A stretch of DNA of 64,000 nt from Eledone cirrhosa (taxonomy: Eukaryota), in assembly GCA_964016885.1 (NCBI GenBank), contig OZ024742.1:375720001-375784000 (forward strand), written 5' to 3'. The first letter of the stretch is position 1, and the number at the start of each line of letters is the position of its first letter. Under the pieces are notes generated by a model, which worked only from the letters and a program-made list of their open reading frames with translations, ran no database searches and was not told the DNA's origin. The position numbers and the translations under genes are program-made. Of this stretch, positions 37,201 through 51,200 are shown in pieces.

Positions 37201-39239
37201 GGCAGGTATGGAAGGTCTCCTGTCTATCTAGACACTCACTAGAGAGCAGGGACGTATGGGAGGTCTCCTGTCTATCTAGACACTCAGTAGAAAGCAGGGA
37301 GGTACGGAAGGTCTCCTGTCTATCTAGAGACTCACTAGAGAGCATGGAGGTATGGAAGGTCTCCTGTCTATCTAGACACTCAGGAGAGCAGGGAGATATG
37401 GAAGGTCTCCTGTCTATCTAGACACTCACTAGAGAGCAGGGATGTATGGAAAGTCTCCTGTCTATCTAGACACTCAGGAGAGCAGGGAGATATGGAAGGT
37501 CTCCTGTCTATCTAGACACTCACTAGAGAGCAGGGAGGTATGGAAGGTCTCCTGTCTATCTAGACACTCAGGAGAGCAGGGAGATATGGAAGGTCTCCTG
37601 TCTATCTAGACACTCACTAGAGAGCAGGGAGGTATGGAAGGTCTCCTGTCTGTCTAGACACTCAGTAGAGAGCAGGGAGGTATGGAAGGCCTCCTGCCTA
37701 TCTAGAAACTCACTAGAGAGCAGGGAGGTATGGAAGTTCCCCTGTCTAGCTAGACACTGACTAGAGAGCAGGGAGGTATGGAAGGTCTCCTGTCTATCTA
37801 GACAATCAGTAGAGAGCAGGGAGATATGGAAGGTCTCCTGTCTATCTAGACACTCAGTAGAGAGCAGGGAGGTCTCCTGTGTATCTAGACACTGAGTAGA
37901 GAGCAGGGAGGTATGGAAGTTCTCCTGTCTATCCAGACACTAAGGAGAGAGCAGGCAGGTATGGAAGGTCTCCTGTCTATCTAGACACTCAGTAGAGAGC
38001 AGGGAGGTATGGAAGGTCTCCTGCCTATCTAGAAACTCACTAGAGAGCAGGGAGGTATGGAAGTTCTCCTGTCTATCTAGACACTCAGTAGAGAGCAGGA
38101 AGTTCTTCTGTCTATCTAGACACTCAGTAGATAGCAGGGAGGTATGGAAGGTCTCCCGACTATCTACACACCCAGTAGAGAGTAGGGAGGTCTCCTGTCT
38201 ATCTAGACACTCAGAAGAGAGCAGAGAGGTATGGAAGGTCTCCTGTCTATCTAGACACTCAGGAGAGAGTAGGGAGATATGGAAGGTCTCCTGTCTATCT
38301 AGACACTCAGGAGAGAGTAGGGAGATATGGCAGGTCTCCTGTCTATCTAGACACTAACTAGAGAGCAGGGAGATATGGAAGGTCTCCTGTCTATCTAGAC
38401 ACTCAGGAGAGAGTAGGGAGATATGCAAGGTCTCCTGTCTATCTAGACACTCACTAGAGAGCAGGGAGATATGGAAGGTCTCCTGTCTATCTAGACACTC
38501 AGTAGAGAGCAGGGAGGTATGGAAGGTTTCCTGTCTATCCAGACACTCACTAGAGAGCAGGGAGGTATGGAAGGTCTCCTGTCTATCTAGACACTCAGAA
38601 GAGAGCAGAGAGGTATGGAAGGTCTCCTGTCTATCTAGACACTCACTAGAGAGCAGGGAGATATGGAAGGTCTCCTGTCTATCTAGACAATCAGGAGAGA
38701 GTAGGGATATATGTAAGGTCTCCTGTCTATCTAGACACTCACTAGAGAGCAGGGAGATATGGAAGGTCTCCTGTCTATCTAGACACTCAGTAGAGAGCAG
38801 GGAGGTATGGAAGGTCTCCTGTCTATCCAGACACTCACTAGAGAGCAGGGAGATATGGAAGGTCTCCTGTCTATCTAGACACTCAGTAGAGAGCAGGGAG
38901 GTACGGAAGATCTCCTGTCTATCTAGACACTCACTAGAGAGCAGGGAGGTATGGAAGGTCTCCTGTCTATCTAGACACTCAGTAGAGAGCAGGGAGGTAT
39001 GGAATGTCTCCTGCCTATCTAGAAACTCACTAGAGAGCAGGGAGGTATGGAAGGTCTCCTGTCTATCTAGACACTCAGGAGAGCAGGGAGATATGGAAGG
39101 TCTCCTGTCTATCTAGACACTCACTAGAGAGCAGGGATGTATGGAAAGTCTCCTGTCTATCTAGACACTCAGGAGAGCAGGGAGATATGGAAGGTCTCCT
39201 GTCTATCTAGACACTCACTAGAGAGCAGGGAGGCATGGA

Positions 39240-42200
39240 AGGTCTCCTGTCTATCTAGACAATCAGTAGAGAGCAGGGAGATATGGAAGGTCTCCTGTCT
39301 ATCTAGACACTCAGTAGAGAGCAGGGAGGTCTCCTGTGTATCTAGACACTGAGTAGAGAGCAGGGAGGTATGGAAGTTCTCCTGTCTATCCAGACACTAA
39401 GGAGGGAGCAGGCAGGTATGGAAGGTCTCCTGTCTATCTAGACACTCAGTAGAGAGCAGGGAGGTATGGAAGGTCTCCTGCCTATCTAGAAACTCACTAG
39501 AGAGCAGGGAGGTATGGAAGTTCTCCTGTCTATCTAGACACTCAGTAGAGAGCAGGAAGTTCTCCTGTCTATCTAGACACTCAGTAGAGAGCAGGGAGGT
39601 ATGGAAGGTCTCCCGACTATCTACACACCCAGTAGAGAGTAGGGAGGTCTCCTGTCTATCTAGACACTCACTAGATAGCAGGGAGGTGTGGAAGTCTCCT
39701 GTCTATCTAGACACTCAGAAGAGAGCAGAGAGGTATGGAAGGTCTCCTGTCTATCTAGACACTCAGGAGAGAGTAGGGAGATATGGAAGGTCTCCTGTCT
39801 ATCTAGACACTCAGGAGAGAGTAGGGAGATATGGAAGGTCTCCTGTCTATCTAGACACTCACTAGAGAGCAGGGAGATATGGAAGGTCTCCTGTCTATCT
39901 AGACACTCAGGAGAGAGTAGGGAGATATGCAAGGTCTCCTGTCTATCTAGACACTCACTAGAGAGCAGGGAGATATGGAAGGTCTCCTGTCTATCTAGAC
40001 ACTCAGTAGAGAGCAGGGAGGTATGGAAGGTTTCCTGTCTATCCAGACACTCACTAGAGAGCAGTGAGGTATGGAAGGTCTCCTGTCTATCTAGACACTC
40101 AGAAGAGAATAGGGAGATATGGAAGGTCTCCTGTCTATCTAGACACTCACTAGAGAGCAGGGAGATATGGAAGGTCTCCTGTCTATCTAGACACTCAGGA
40201 GAGAGTAGGGAGATATGCAAGGTCTCCTGTCTATCTAGACACTCACTAGAGAGCAGGGAGATATGGAAGGTCTCCTGTCTATCTAGACACTCAGTAGAGA
40301 GCAGGGAGGTATGGAAGGTCTCCTGTCTATCCAGACACTCACTAGAGAGCAGGGAGGTATGGAAGGTCTCCTGTCTATCTAGACACTCAGTAGAGAGCAG
40401 GGAGGTACGGAAGATCTCCTGTCTATCTAGACACTCACTAGAGAGCAGGGAGGTATGGAAGGTCTCCTGTCTATCTAGACACTCAGTAGAGAGCAGGGAG
40501 GTATGGAATGTCTCCTGCCTATCTAGAAACTCACTAGAGAGCAGGGAGGTATGGAAGGTCTCCTATCTATCTAGACACTCACTAGAGAGCAGGGAGATAT
40601 GCAAGGTCTCCTGTCTATCTAGACACTCACTAGAGAGCAGGGAGGTATGGAAGGTCTCCTGTCTATCTAGACACTCATTAGAGAGCAGGGACGTATGGAA
40701 GGTCTCCTGTCTATCTAGACACTCAGTAGAAAGGAGGGAGGTACGGAAGGTCTCCTGTCTATCTAGAGACTCACTAGAGAGCAGGGAGGTATGGAAGGTC
40801 TCCTGTCTATCTAGACACTCACTAGAGAGCAGGGAGGTATGGAAGGTCTCCTGTCTGTCTAGACACTCAGTAGAGAGCAGGGAGGTATGGAAGGTCTCCT
40901 GCCTATCTAGAAACTCACTAGAGAGCAGGGAGGTATGGAAGTTCTCCTGTCTATCTACACACCCAGTAGAGAGTAGGGAGGTCTCCTGTCTATCTAGACA
41001 CTCACTAGATAGCAGGGAGGTATGGAAGGTCTCCTGTCTATCTAGACACTCAGAAGAGAGCAGAGAGGTATGGAAGGTCTCCTGTCTATCTAGACACTCA
41101 GGAAAGAGTAAGGAGATATGGAAGGTCTCCTGTCTATCTAGACACTCAGGAGAGAGTAGGGAGATATGGAAGGTCTCTTGTCTATCTAGACACTCACTAG
41201 AGAGCAGGGAGGTATGGAAGGTCTCCTGTCTGTCTAGACACTCAGTAGAGAGCAGGGAGGTATGGAAGGTCTCCTGCCTATCTAGAAACTCACTAGAGAG
41301 CAGGGAGGTATGGAAGTTCTCCTGTCTATCTAGACACTCAGTAGAGAGCAGGAAGTTCTCCTGTCTATCTAGACACTCAGTAGAGAGCAGGGAGGTATGG
41401 AAGGTCTCCCGACTATCTACACACCCAGTAGAGAGTAGGGAGGTCTCCTGTCTATCTAGACACTCACTAGATAGCAGGGAGGTATGGAAGGTCTCCTGTC
41501 TATCTAGACACTCAGAAGAGAGCAGAGAGGTATGGAAGGTCTCCTGTCTATCTAGACACTCAGGAAAGAGTAAGGAGATATGGAAGGTCTCCTGTCTATC
41601 TAGACACTCAGGAGAGAGTAGGGAGATATGGAAGGTCTCTTGTCTATCTAGACACTCACTAGAGAGCAGGGAGATATGGAAGGTCTCCTGTCTATCTAGA
41701 CACTCAGGAGAGAGTAGGGAGATATGCAAGGTCTCCTGTCTATCTAGACACTCACTAGAGAGCAGGGAGATATGGAAGGTCTCCTGTCTATCTAGACACT
41801 CAGTAGAGAGCAGGGAGGTATGGAAGGTTTCCTGTCTATCCAGACACTCACTAGAGAGTAGGGAGGTATGGAAGGTCTCCTGTCTATCTAGACACTCAGA
41901 AGAGAGCAGAGAGGTATGGAAGGTCTCCTGTCTATCTAGACACTCAGGAGAGAGTAGGGAGATATGGAAGGTCTCCTGTCTATCTAGACACTCACTAGAG
42001 AGCAGGGAGATATGGAAGGTCTCCTGTCTAACTAGACACTCAGGAGAGAGTAGGGAGATATGCAAGGTCTCCTGTCTATCTAGACACTCACTAGAGAGCA
42101 GGGAGATATGGAAGGTCTCCTGTCTATCTAGACACTCAGTAGAGAGCAGGGAGGTATGGAAGGTCTCCTGTCTATCCAGACACTCACTAGAGAGCAGGGA

Positions 42201-45200
42201 GGTATGGAAGGTCTCCTGTCTATCTAGACACTCAGTAGAGAGCAGGGAGGTACGGAAGATCTCCTGTCTATCTAGACACTCACTAGAGAGCAGGGAGGTA
42301 TGGAAGGTCTCCTGTCTATCTAGACACTCAGTAGAGAGCAGGGAGGTACGGAATGTCTCCTGTCTATCTAGAGACTCACTAGAGAGCAGGGAGGTATGGA
42401 AGGTCTCCTGTCTATCTAGACACTCAGCAGAGAGCAGGGAGGTATGGAAGGTCTCCTGTCTACCTAGACACTCAGTAGAGAGCAGGGAGGTACGGAATGT
42501 CTCCTGTCTATCTAGAGACTCACTAGAGAGCAGGGAGGTATGGAAGGTCTCCTGTCTATCTAGACACTCATGAGAGCAGGGAGATATGGAAGGTCTCCTG
42601 TCTATCTAGACACTCAGGAGAGAGTAGGGAGATATGCAAGGTCTCCTGTCTATCTAGACACTCACTAGAGAGCAGGGAGATATGGAAGGTCTCCTGTCTA
42701 TCTAGACACTCAGTAGAGAGCAGGGAGGTATGGAAGGTTTCCTGTCTATCCAGACACTCACTAGAGAGCAGGGAGGTATGGAAGGTCTCCTGTCTATCTA
42801 GACACTCAGAAGAGAGCAGAGAGGTATGGAAGGTCTCCTGTCTATCTAGACACTCAGGAGAGAGTAGGGAGATATGGAAGGTCTCCTGTCTATCTAGACA
42901 CTCACTAGAGAGCAGGGAGATATGGAAGGTCTCCTGTCTATCTAGACACTCAGTAGAGAGCAGGGAGGTATGGAAGGTCTCCTGTCTATCTAGACACTCA
43001 GTAGAGAGCAGGGAGGTACGGAAGATCTCCTGTCTATCTAGACACTCACTAGAGAGCAGGGAGGTATGGAAGGTCTCCTGTCTATCTAGACACTCAGTAG
43101 AGAGCAGGGAGGTATGGAATGTCTCCTGCCTATCTAGAAACTCACTAGAGAGCAGGGAGGTATGGAAGGTCTCCTGTCTATCTAGACACTCAGGAGAGCA
43201 GGGAGATATGGAAGGTCTCCTGTCTATCTAGACACTCACTAGAGAGCAGGGATGTATGGAAAGTCTCCTGTCTATCTAGACACTCAGGAGAGCAGGGAGA
43301 TATGGAAGGTCTCCTGTCTATCTAGACACTCACTAGAGAGCAGGGAGGTATGGAAGGTCTCCTGTCTGTCTAGACACTCAGTAGAGAGCAGGGAGGTATG
43401 GAAGGTCTCCTGCCTATCTAGAAACTCACTAGAGAGCAGGGAGGTATGGAAGTTCCCCTGTCTAGCTAGACACTGACTAGAGAGCAGGGAGGTATGGAAG
43501 GTCTCCTGTCTATCTAGACAATCAGTAGAGAGCAGGGAGATATGGAAGGTCTCCTGTCTATCTAGACACTCAGTAGAGAGCAGGGAGGTCTCCTGTGTAT
43601 CTAGACACTGAGTAGAGAGCAGGGAGGTATGGAAGTTCTCCTGTCTATCCAGACACTAAGGAGGGAGCAGGCAGGTATGGAAGGTCTCCTGTCTATCTAG
43701 ACACTCAGTAGAGAGCAGGGAGGTATGGAAGGTCTCCTGCCTATCTAGAAACTCACTAGAGAGCAGGGAGGTATGGAAGTTCTCCTGTCTATCTAGACAC
43801 TCAGTAGAGAGCAGGAAGTTCTCCTGTCTATCTAGACACTCAGTAGAGAGCAGGGAGGTATGGAAGGTCTCCCGACTATCTACACACCCAGTAGAGAGTA
43901 GGGAGGTCTCCTGTCTATCTAGACACTCACTAGATAGCAGGGAGGTATGGAAGTCTCCTGTCTATCTAGACACTCAGAAGAGAGCAGAGAGGTATGGAAG
44001 GTCTCCTGTCTATCTAGACACTCAGGAGAGAGTAGGGAGATATGGAAGGTCTCCTGTCTATCTAGACACTCAGGAGAGAGTAGGGAGATATGGAAGGTCT
44101 CCTGTCTATCTAGACACTCACTAGAGAGCAGGGAGATATGGAAGGTCTCCTGTCTATCTAGACACTCAGGAGAGAGTAGGGAGATATGCAAGGTCTCCTG
44201 TCTATCTAGACACTCACTAGAGAGCAGGGAGATATGGAAGGTCTCCTGTCTATCTAGACACTCAGTAGAGAGCAGGGAGGTATGGAAGGTTTCCTGTCTA
44301 TCCAGACACTCACTAGAGAGCAGTGAGGTATGGAAGGTCTCCTGTCTATCTAGACACTCAGAAGAGAATAGGGAGATATGGAAGGTCTCCTGTCTATCTA
44401 GACACTCACTAGAGAGCAGGGAGATATGGAAGGTCTCCTGTCTATCTAGACACTCAGGAGAGAGTAGGGAGATATGCAAGGTCTCCTGTCTATCTAGACA
44501 CTCACTAGAGAGCAGGGAGATATGGAAGGTCTCCTGTCTATCTAGACACTCAGTAGAGAGCAGGGAGGTATGGAAGGTCTCCTGTCTATCCAGACACTCA
44601 CTAGAGAGCAGGGAGGTATGGAAGGTCTCCTGTCTATCTAGACACTCAGTAGAGAGCAGGGAGGTACGGAAGATCTCCTGTCTATCTAGACACTCACTAG
44701 AGAGCAGGGAGGTATGGAAGGTCTCCTGTCTATCTAGACACTCAGTAGAGAGCAGGGAGGTATGGAATGTTTCCTGCCTATCTAGAAACTCACTAGAGAG
44801 CAGGGAGGTATGGAAGGTCTCCTATCTATCTAGACACTCACTAGAGAGCAGGGAGATATGCAAGGTCTCCTGTCTATCTAGACACTCACTAGAGAGCAGG
44901 GAGGTATGGAAGGTCTCCTGTCTATCTAGACACTCATTAGAGAGCAGGGACGTATGGAAGGTCTCCTGTCTATCTAGACACTCAGTAGAAAGGAGGGAGG
45001 TACGGAAGGTCTCCTGTCTATCTAGAGACTCACTAGAGAGCAGGGAGGTATGGAAGGTCTCCTGTCTATCTAGACACTCAGGAGAGAAGGGAGATATGGA
45101 AGGTCTCCTGTCTATCTAGACACTCACTAGAGAGCAGGGAGGTATGGAAGGTCTCCTGTCTGTCTAGACACTCAGTAGAGAGCAGGGAGGTATGGAAGGT

Positions 45201-48200
45201 CTCCTGCCTATCTAGAAACTCACTAGAGAGCAGGGAGGTATGGAAGTTCTCCTGTCTATCTAGACACTCAGTAGAGAGCAGGAAGTTCTCCTGTCTATCT
45301 AGACACTCAGTAGAGAGCAGGGAGGTATGGAAGGTCTCCCGACTATCTACACACCCAGTAGAGAGTAGGGAGGTCTCCTGTCTATCTAGACACTCACTAG
45401 ATAGCAGGGAGGTATGGAAGGTCTCCTGTCTATCTAGACACTCAGAAGAGAGCAGAGAGGTATGGAAGGTCTCCTGTCTATCTAGACACTCAGGAAAGAG
45501 TAAGGAGATATGGAAGGTCTCCTGTCTATCTAGACACTCAGGAGAGAGTAGGGAGATATGGAAGGTCTCCTGTCTATCTAGACACTCACTAGAGAGCAGG
45601 GAGATATGGAAGGTCTCCTGTCTATCTAGACACTCAGGAGAGAGTAGGGAGATATGCAAGGTCTCCTGTCTATCTAGACACTCACTAGAGAGCAGGGAGA
45701 TATGGAAGGTCTCCTGTCTATCTAGACACTCAGTAGAGAGCAGGGAGGTATGGAAGGTATCCTGTCTATCCAGACACTCACTAGAGAGTAGGGAGGTATG
45801 GAAGGTCTCCTGTCTATCTAGACACTCAGAAGAGAGCAGAGAGGTATGGAAGGTCTCCTGTCTATCTAGACACTCAGGAGAGAGTAGGGAGATATGGAAG
45901 GTCTCCTGTCTATCTAGACACTCACTAGAGAGCAGGGAGATATGGAAGGTCTCCTGTCTATCTAGACACTCAGGAGAGAGTAGGGAGATATGCAAGGTCT
46001 CCTGTCTATCTAGACACTCACTAGAGAGCAGGGAGATATGGAAGGTCTCCTGTCTATCTAGACACTCAGTAGAGAGCAGGGAGGTATGGAAGGTCTCCTG
46101 TCTATCCAGACACTCACTAGAGAGCAGGGAGGTATGGAAGGTCTCCTGTCTATCTAGACACTCAGTAGAGAGCAGGGAGGTACGGAAGATCTCCTGTCTA
46201 TCTAGACACTCACTAGAGAGCAGGGAGGTATGGAAGGTCTCCTGTCTATCTAGACACTCAGTAGAGAGCAGGGAGGTACGGAATGTCTCCTGTCTATCTA
46301 GAGACTCACTAGAGAGCAGGGAGGTATGGAAGGTCTCCTGTCTATCTAGACACTCAGCAGAGAGCAGGGAGGTATGGAAGGTCTCCTGTCTACCTAGACA
46401 CTCAGTAGAGAGCAGGGAGGTACGGAAGGTCTCCTGTCTATCTAGAGACTCACTAGAGAGCAGGGAGGTATGGAAGGTCTCCTGTCTATCTAGACACTCA
46501 TGAGAGCAGGGAGATATGGAAGGTCTCCTGTCTATCTAGACACTCAGGAGAGAGTAGGGAGATATGCAAGGTCTCCTGTCTATCTAGACACTCACTAGAG
46601 AGCAGGGAGATATGGAAGGTCTCCTGTCTATCTAGACACTCAGTAGAGAGCAGGGAGGTATGGAAGGTTTCCTGTCTATCCAGACACTCACTAGAGAGCA
46701 GGGAGGTATGGAAGGTCTCCTGTCTATCTAGACACTCAGAAGAGAGCAGGGAGGTATGGAAGGTCTCCTGTCTATCTAGACACTCAGTAGAGAGCAGGGA
46801 GGTATGGAAGGTCTCCTGTCTATCTAGACACTCAGGAGAGAGTAGGGAGATATGGAAGGTCTCCTGTCTATCTAGACACTCACTAGAGAGCAGGGAGATA
46901 TGGAAGGTCTCCTGTCTATCTAGACACTCAGGAGAGAGTAGGGAGATATGCAAGGTCTCCTGTCTATCTAGACACTCACTAGAGAGCAGGGAGATATGGA
47001 AGGTCTCCTGTCTATCTAGACACTCAGTAGAGAGCAGGGAGGTATGGAAGGTCTCCTGTCTATCCAGACACTCACTAGAGAGCAGGGAGGTATGGAAGGT
47101 CTCCTGTCTATCTAGACACTCAGTAGAGAGCAGGGAGGTACGGAAGATCTCCTGTCTATCTAGACACTCACTAGAGAGCAGGGAGGTATGGAAGGTCTCC
47201 TGTCTATCTAGACACTCAGTAGAGAGCAGGGAGGTATGGAATGTCTCCTGCCTATCTAGAAACTCACTAGAGAGCAGGGAGGTATGGAAGGTCTCCTATC
47301 TATCTAGACACTCAGTAGAGAGCAGGAAGTTCTCCTGTCTATCTAGACACTCAGTAGAGAGCAGGGAGGTATGGAAGGTCTCCCGACTATCTACACACCC
47401 AGTAGAGAGTAGGGAGGTCTCCTGTCTATCTAGACACTCACTAGATAGCAGGGAGGTATGGAAGTCTCCTGTCTATCTAGACACTCAGAAGAGAGCAGAG
47501 AGGTATGGAAGGTCTCCTGTCTATCTAGACACTCAGGAGAGAGTAGGGAGATATGGAAGGTCTCCTGTCTATCTAGACACTCAGGAGAGAGTAGGGAGAT
47601 ATGGAAGGTCTCCTGTCTATCTAGACACTCACTAGAGAGCAGGGAGATATGGAAGGTCTCCTGTCTATCTAGACACTCAGGAGAGAGTAGGGAGATATGC
47701 AAGGTCTCCTGTCTATCTAGACACTCACTAGAGAGCAGGGAGATATGGAAGGTCTCCTGTCTATCTAGACACTCAGTAGAGAGCAGGGAGGTATGGAAGG
47801 TTTCCTGTCTATCCAGACACTCACTAGAGAGCAGTGAGGTATGGAAGGTCTCCTGTCTATCTAGACACTCAGAAGAGAATAGGGAGATATGGAAGGTCTC
47901 CTGTCTATCTAGACACTCACTAGAGAGCAGGGAGATATGGAAGGTCTCCTGTCTATCTAGACACTCAGGAGAGAGTAGGGAGATATGCAAGGTCTCCTGT
48001 CTATCTAGACACTCACTAGAGAGCAGGGAGATATGGAAGGTCTCCTGTCTATCCAGACACTCAGTAGAGAGCAGGGAGGTATGGAAGGTCTCCTGTCTAT
48101 CCAGACACTCACTAGAGAGCAGGGAGGTATGGAAGGTCTCCTGTCTATCTAGACACTCAGTAGAGAGCAGGGAGGTACGGAAGATCTCCTGTCTATCTAG

Positions 48201-51200
48201 ACACTCACTAGAGAGCAGGGAGGTATGGAAGGTCTCCTGTCTATCTAGACACTCAGTAGAGAGCAGGGAGGTATGGAATGTCTCCTGCCTATCTAGAAAC
48301 TCACTAGAGAGCAGGGAGGTATGGAAGGTCTCCTATCTATCTAGACACTCACTAGAGAGCAGGGAGATATGCAAGGTCTCCTGTCTATCTAGACACTCAC
48401 TAGAGAGCAGGGAGGTATGGAAGGTCTCCTGTCTATCTGGACACTCATTAGAGAGCAGGGACGTATGGAAGGTCTCCTGTCGATCTAGACACTCAGTAGA
48501 AAGGAGGGAGGTACGGAAGGTCTCCTGTCTATCTAGAGACTCACTAGAGCAGGGAGGTATGGAAGGTCTCCTGTCTATCTAGACACTCAGGAGAGCAGGG
48601 AGATATGGAAGGTCTCCTGTCTATCTAGACACTCACTAGAGAGCAGGGAGGTATGGAAGGTCTCCTGTCTGTCTAGACACTCAGTAGAGAGCAGGGAGGT
48701 ATGGAAGGTCTCCTGCCTATCTAGAAACTCACTAGAGAGCAGGGAGGTATGGAAGTTCTCCTGTCTATCTAGACACTCAGTAGAGAGCAGGAAGTTCTCC
48801 TGTCTATCTAGACACTCAGTAGAGAGCAGGGAGGTATGGAAGGTCTCCCGACTATCTACACACCCAGTAGAGAGTAGGGAGGTCTCCTGTCTATCTAGAC
48901 ACTCACTAGATAGCAGGGAGGTATGGAAGGTCTCCTGTCTATCTAGACACTCAGAAGAGAGCAGAGAGGTATGGAAGGTCTCCTGTCTATCTAGACACTC
49001 AGAAAAGAGTAAGGAGATATGGAAGGTCTCCTGTCTATCTAGACACTCAGGAGAGAGTAGGGAGATATGGAAGGTCTCCTGTCTATCTAGACACTCACTA
49101 GAGAGCAGGGAGATATGGAAGGTCTCCTGTCTATCTAGACACTCAGGAGAGAGTAGGGAGATATGCAAGGTCTCCTGTCTATCTAGACACTCACTAGAGA
49201 GCAGGGAGATATGGAAGGTCTCCTGTCTATCTAGACACTCAGTAGAGAGCAGGGAGGTATGGAAGGTATCCTGTCTATCCAGACACTCACTAGAGAGTAG
49301 GGAGGTATGGAAGGTCTCCTGTCTATCTAGACACTCAGAAGAGAGCAGAGAGGTATGGAAGGTCTCCTGTCTATCTAGACACTCAGGAGAGAGTAGGGAG
49401 ATATGGAAGGTCTCCTGTCTATCTAGACACTCACTAGAGAGCAGGGAGATATGGAAGGTCTCCTGTCTATCTAGACACTCAGGAGAGAGTAGGGAGATAT
49501 GCAAGGTCTCCTGTCTATCTAGACACTCACTAGAGAGCAGGGAGATATGGAAGGTCTCCTGTCTATCTAGACACTCAGTAGAGAGCAGGGAGGTATGGAA
49601 GGTCTCCTGTCTATCCAGACACTCACTAGAGAGCAGGGAGGTATGGAAGGTCTCCTGTCTATCTAGACACTCAGTAGAGAGCAGGGAGGTACGGAAGATC
49701 TCCTGTCTATCTAGACACTCACTAGAGAGCAGGGAGGTATGGAAGGTCTCCTGTCTATCTAGACACTCAGTAGAGAGCAGGGAGGTACGGAATGTCTCCT
49801 GTCTATCTAGAGACTCACTAGAGAGCAGGGAGGTATGGAAGGTCTCCTGTCTATCTAGACACTCAGCAGAGAGCAGGGAGGTATGGAAGGTCTCCTGTCT
49901 ACCTAGACACTCAGTAGAGAGCAGGGAGGTACGGAATGTCTCCTGTCTATCTAGAGACTCACTAGAGAGCAGGGAGGTATGGAAGGTCTCCTGTCTATCT
50001 AGACACTCATGAGAGCAGGGAGATATGGAAGGTCTCCTGTCTATCTAGACACTCAGGAGAGAGTAGGGAGATATGCAAGGTCTCCTGTCTATCTAGACAC
50101 TCACTAGAGAGCAGGGAGATATGGAAGGTCTCCTGTCTATCTAGACACTCAGTAGAGAGCAGGGAGGTATGGAAGGTTTCCTGTCTATCCAGACACTCAC
50201 TAGAGAGCAGGGAGGTATGGAAGGTCTCCTGTCTATCTAGACACTCAGAAGAGAGCAGAGAGGTATGGAAGGTCTCCTGTCTATCTAGACACTCAGGAGA
50301 GAGTAGGGAGATATGGAAGGTCTCCTGTCTATCTAGACACTCACTAGAGAGCAGGGAGATATGGAAGGTCTCCTGTCTATCTAGACACTCAGGAGAGAGT
50401 AGGGAGATATGCAAGGTCTCCTGTCTATCTAGACACTCACTAGAGAGCAGGGAGATATGGAAGGTCTCCTGTCTATCTAGACACTCAGTAGAGAGCAGGG
50501 AGGTATGGAAGGTCTCCTGTCTATCCAGACACTCACTAGAGAGCAGGGAGGTATGGAAGGTCTCCTGTCTATCTAGACACTCAGTAGAGAGCAGGGAGGT
50601 ACGGAAGATCTCCTGTCTATCTAGACACTCACTAGAGAGCAGGGAGGTATGGAAGGTCTCCTGTCTATCTAGACACTCAGTAGAGAGCAGGGAGGTATGG
50701 AATGTCTCCTGCCTATCTAGAAACTCACTAGAGAGCAGGGAGGTATGGAAGGTCTCCTATCTATCTAGACACTCACTAGAGAGCAGGGAGATATGCAAGG
50801 TCTCCTGTCTATCTAGAGACTCACTAGAGAGCAGGGAGATATGGAAGGTCTCCTGTCTATCTAGACACTCAGTAGAGAGCAGGGAGATATGGAAGGTCTC
50901 CTGCCTATCTAGAAACTCACTAGAGAGCAGGGAGGTATGGAAGTTCTCCTGTCTATCTAGACACTCAGTAGAGAGCAGGAAGTTCTCCTGTCTATCTAGA
51001 CACTCACTAGAGAGCAGGGAGATATGCAAGGTCTCCTGTCTATCTAGACACTCACTAGAGAGCAGGGAGGTATGGAAGGTCTCCTGTCTATCTAGACACT
51101 CATTAGAGAGCAGGGACGTATGGAAGGTCTCCTGTCGATCTAGACACTCAGTAGAAAGGAGGGAGGTACGGAAGGTCTCCTGTCTATCTAGAGACTCACT

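Noticed and set aside
39688-42573. C2H2 zinc-finger array (the CLSRH motif resembles a finger helix)
   Set aside because: The period is 16 aa rather than 28 aa, each unit has only one Cys and one His, and there is no CxxC, HxxxH or TGEKP linker.
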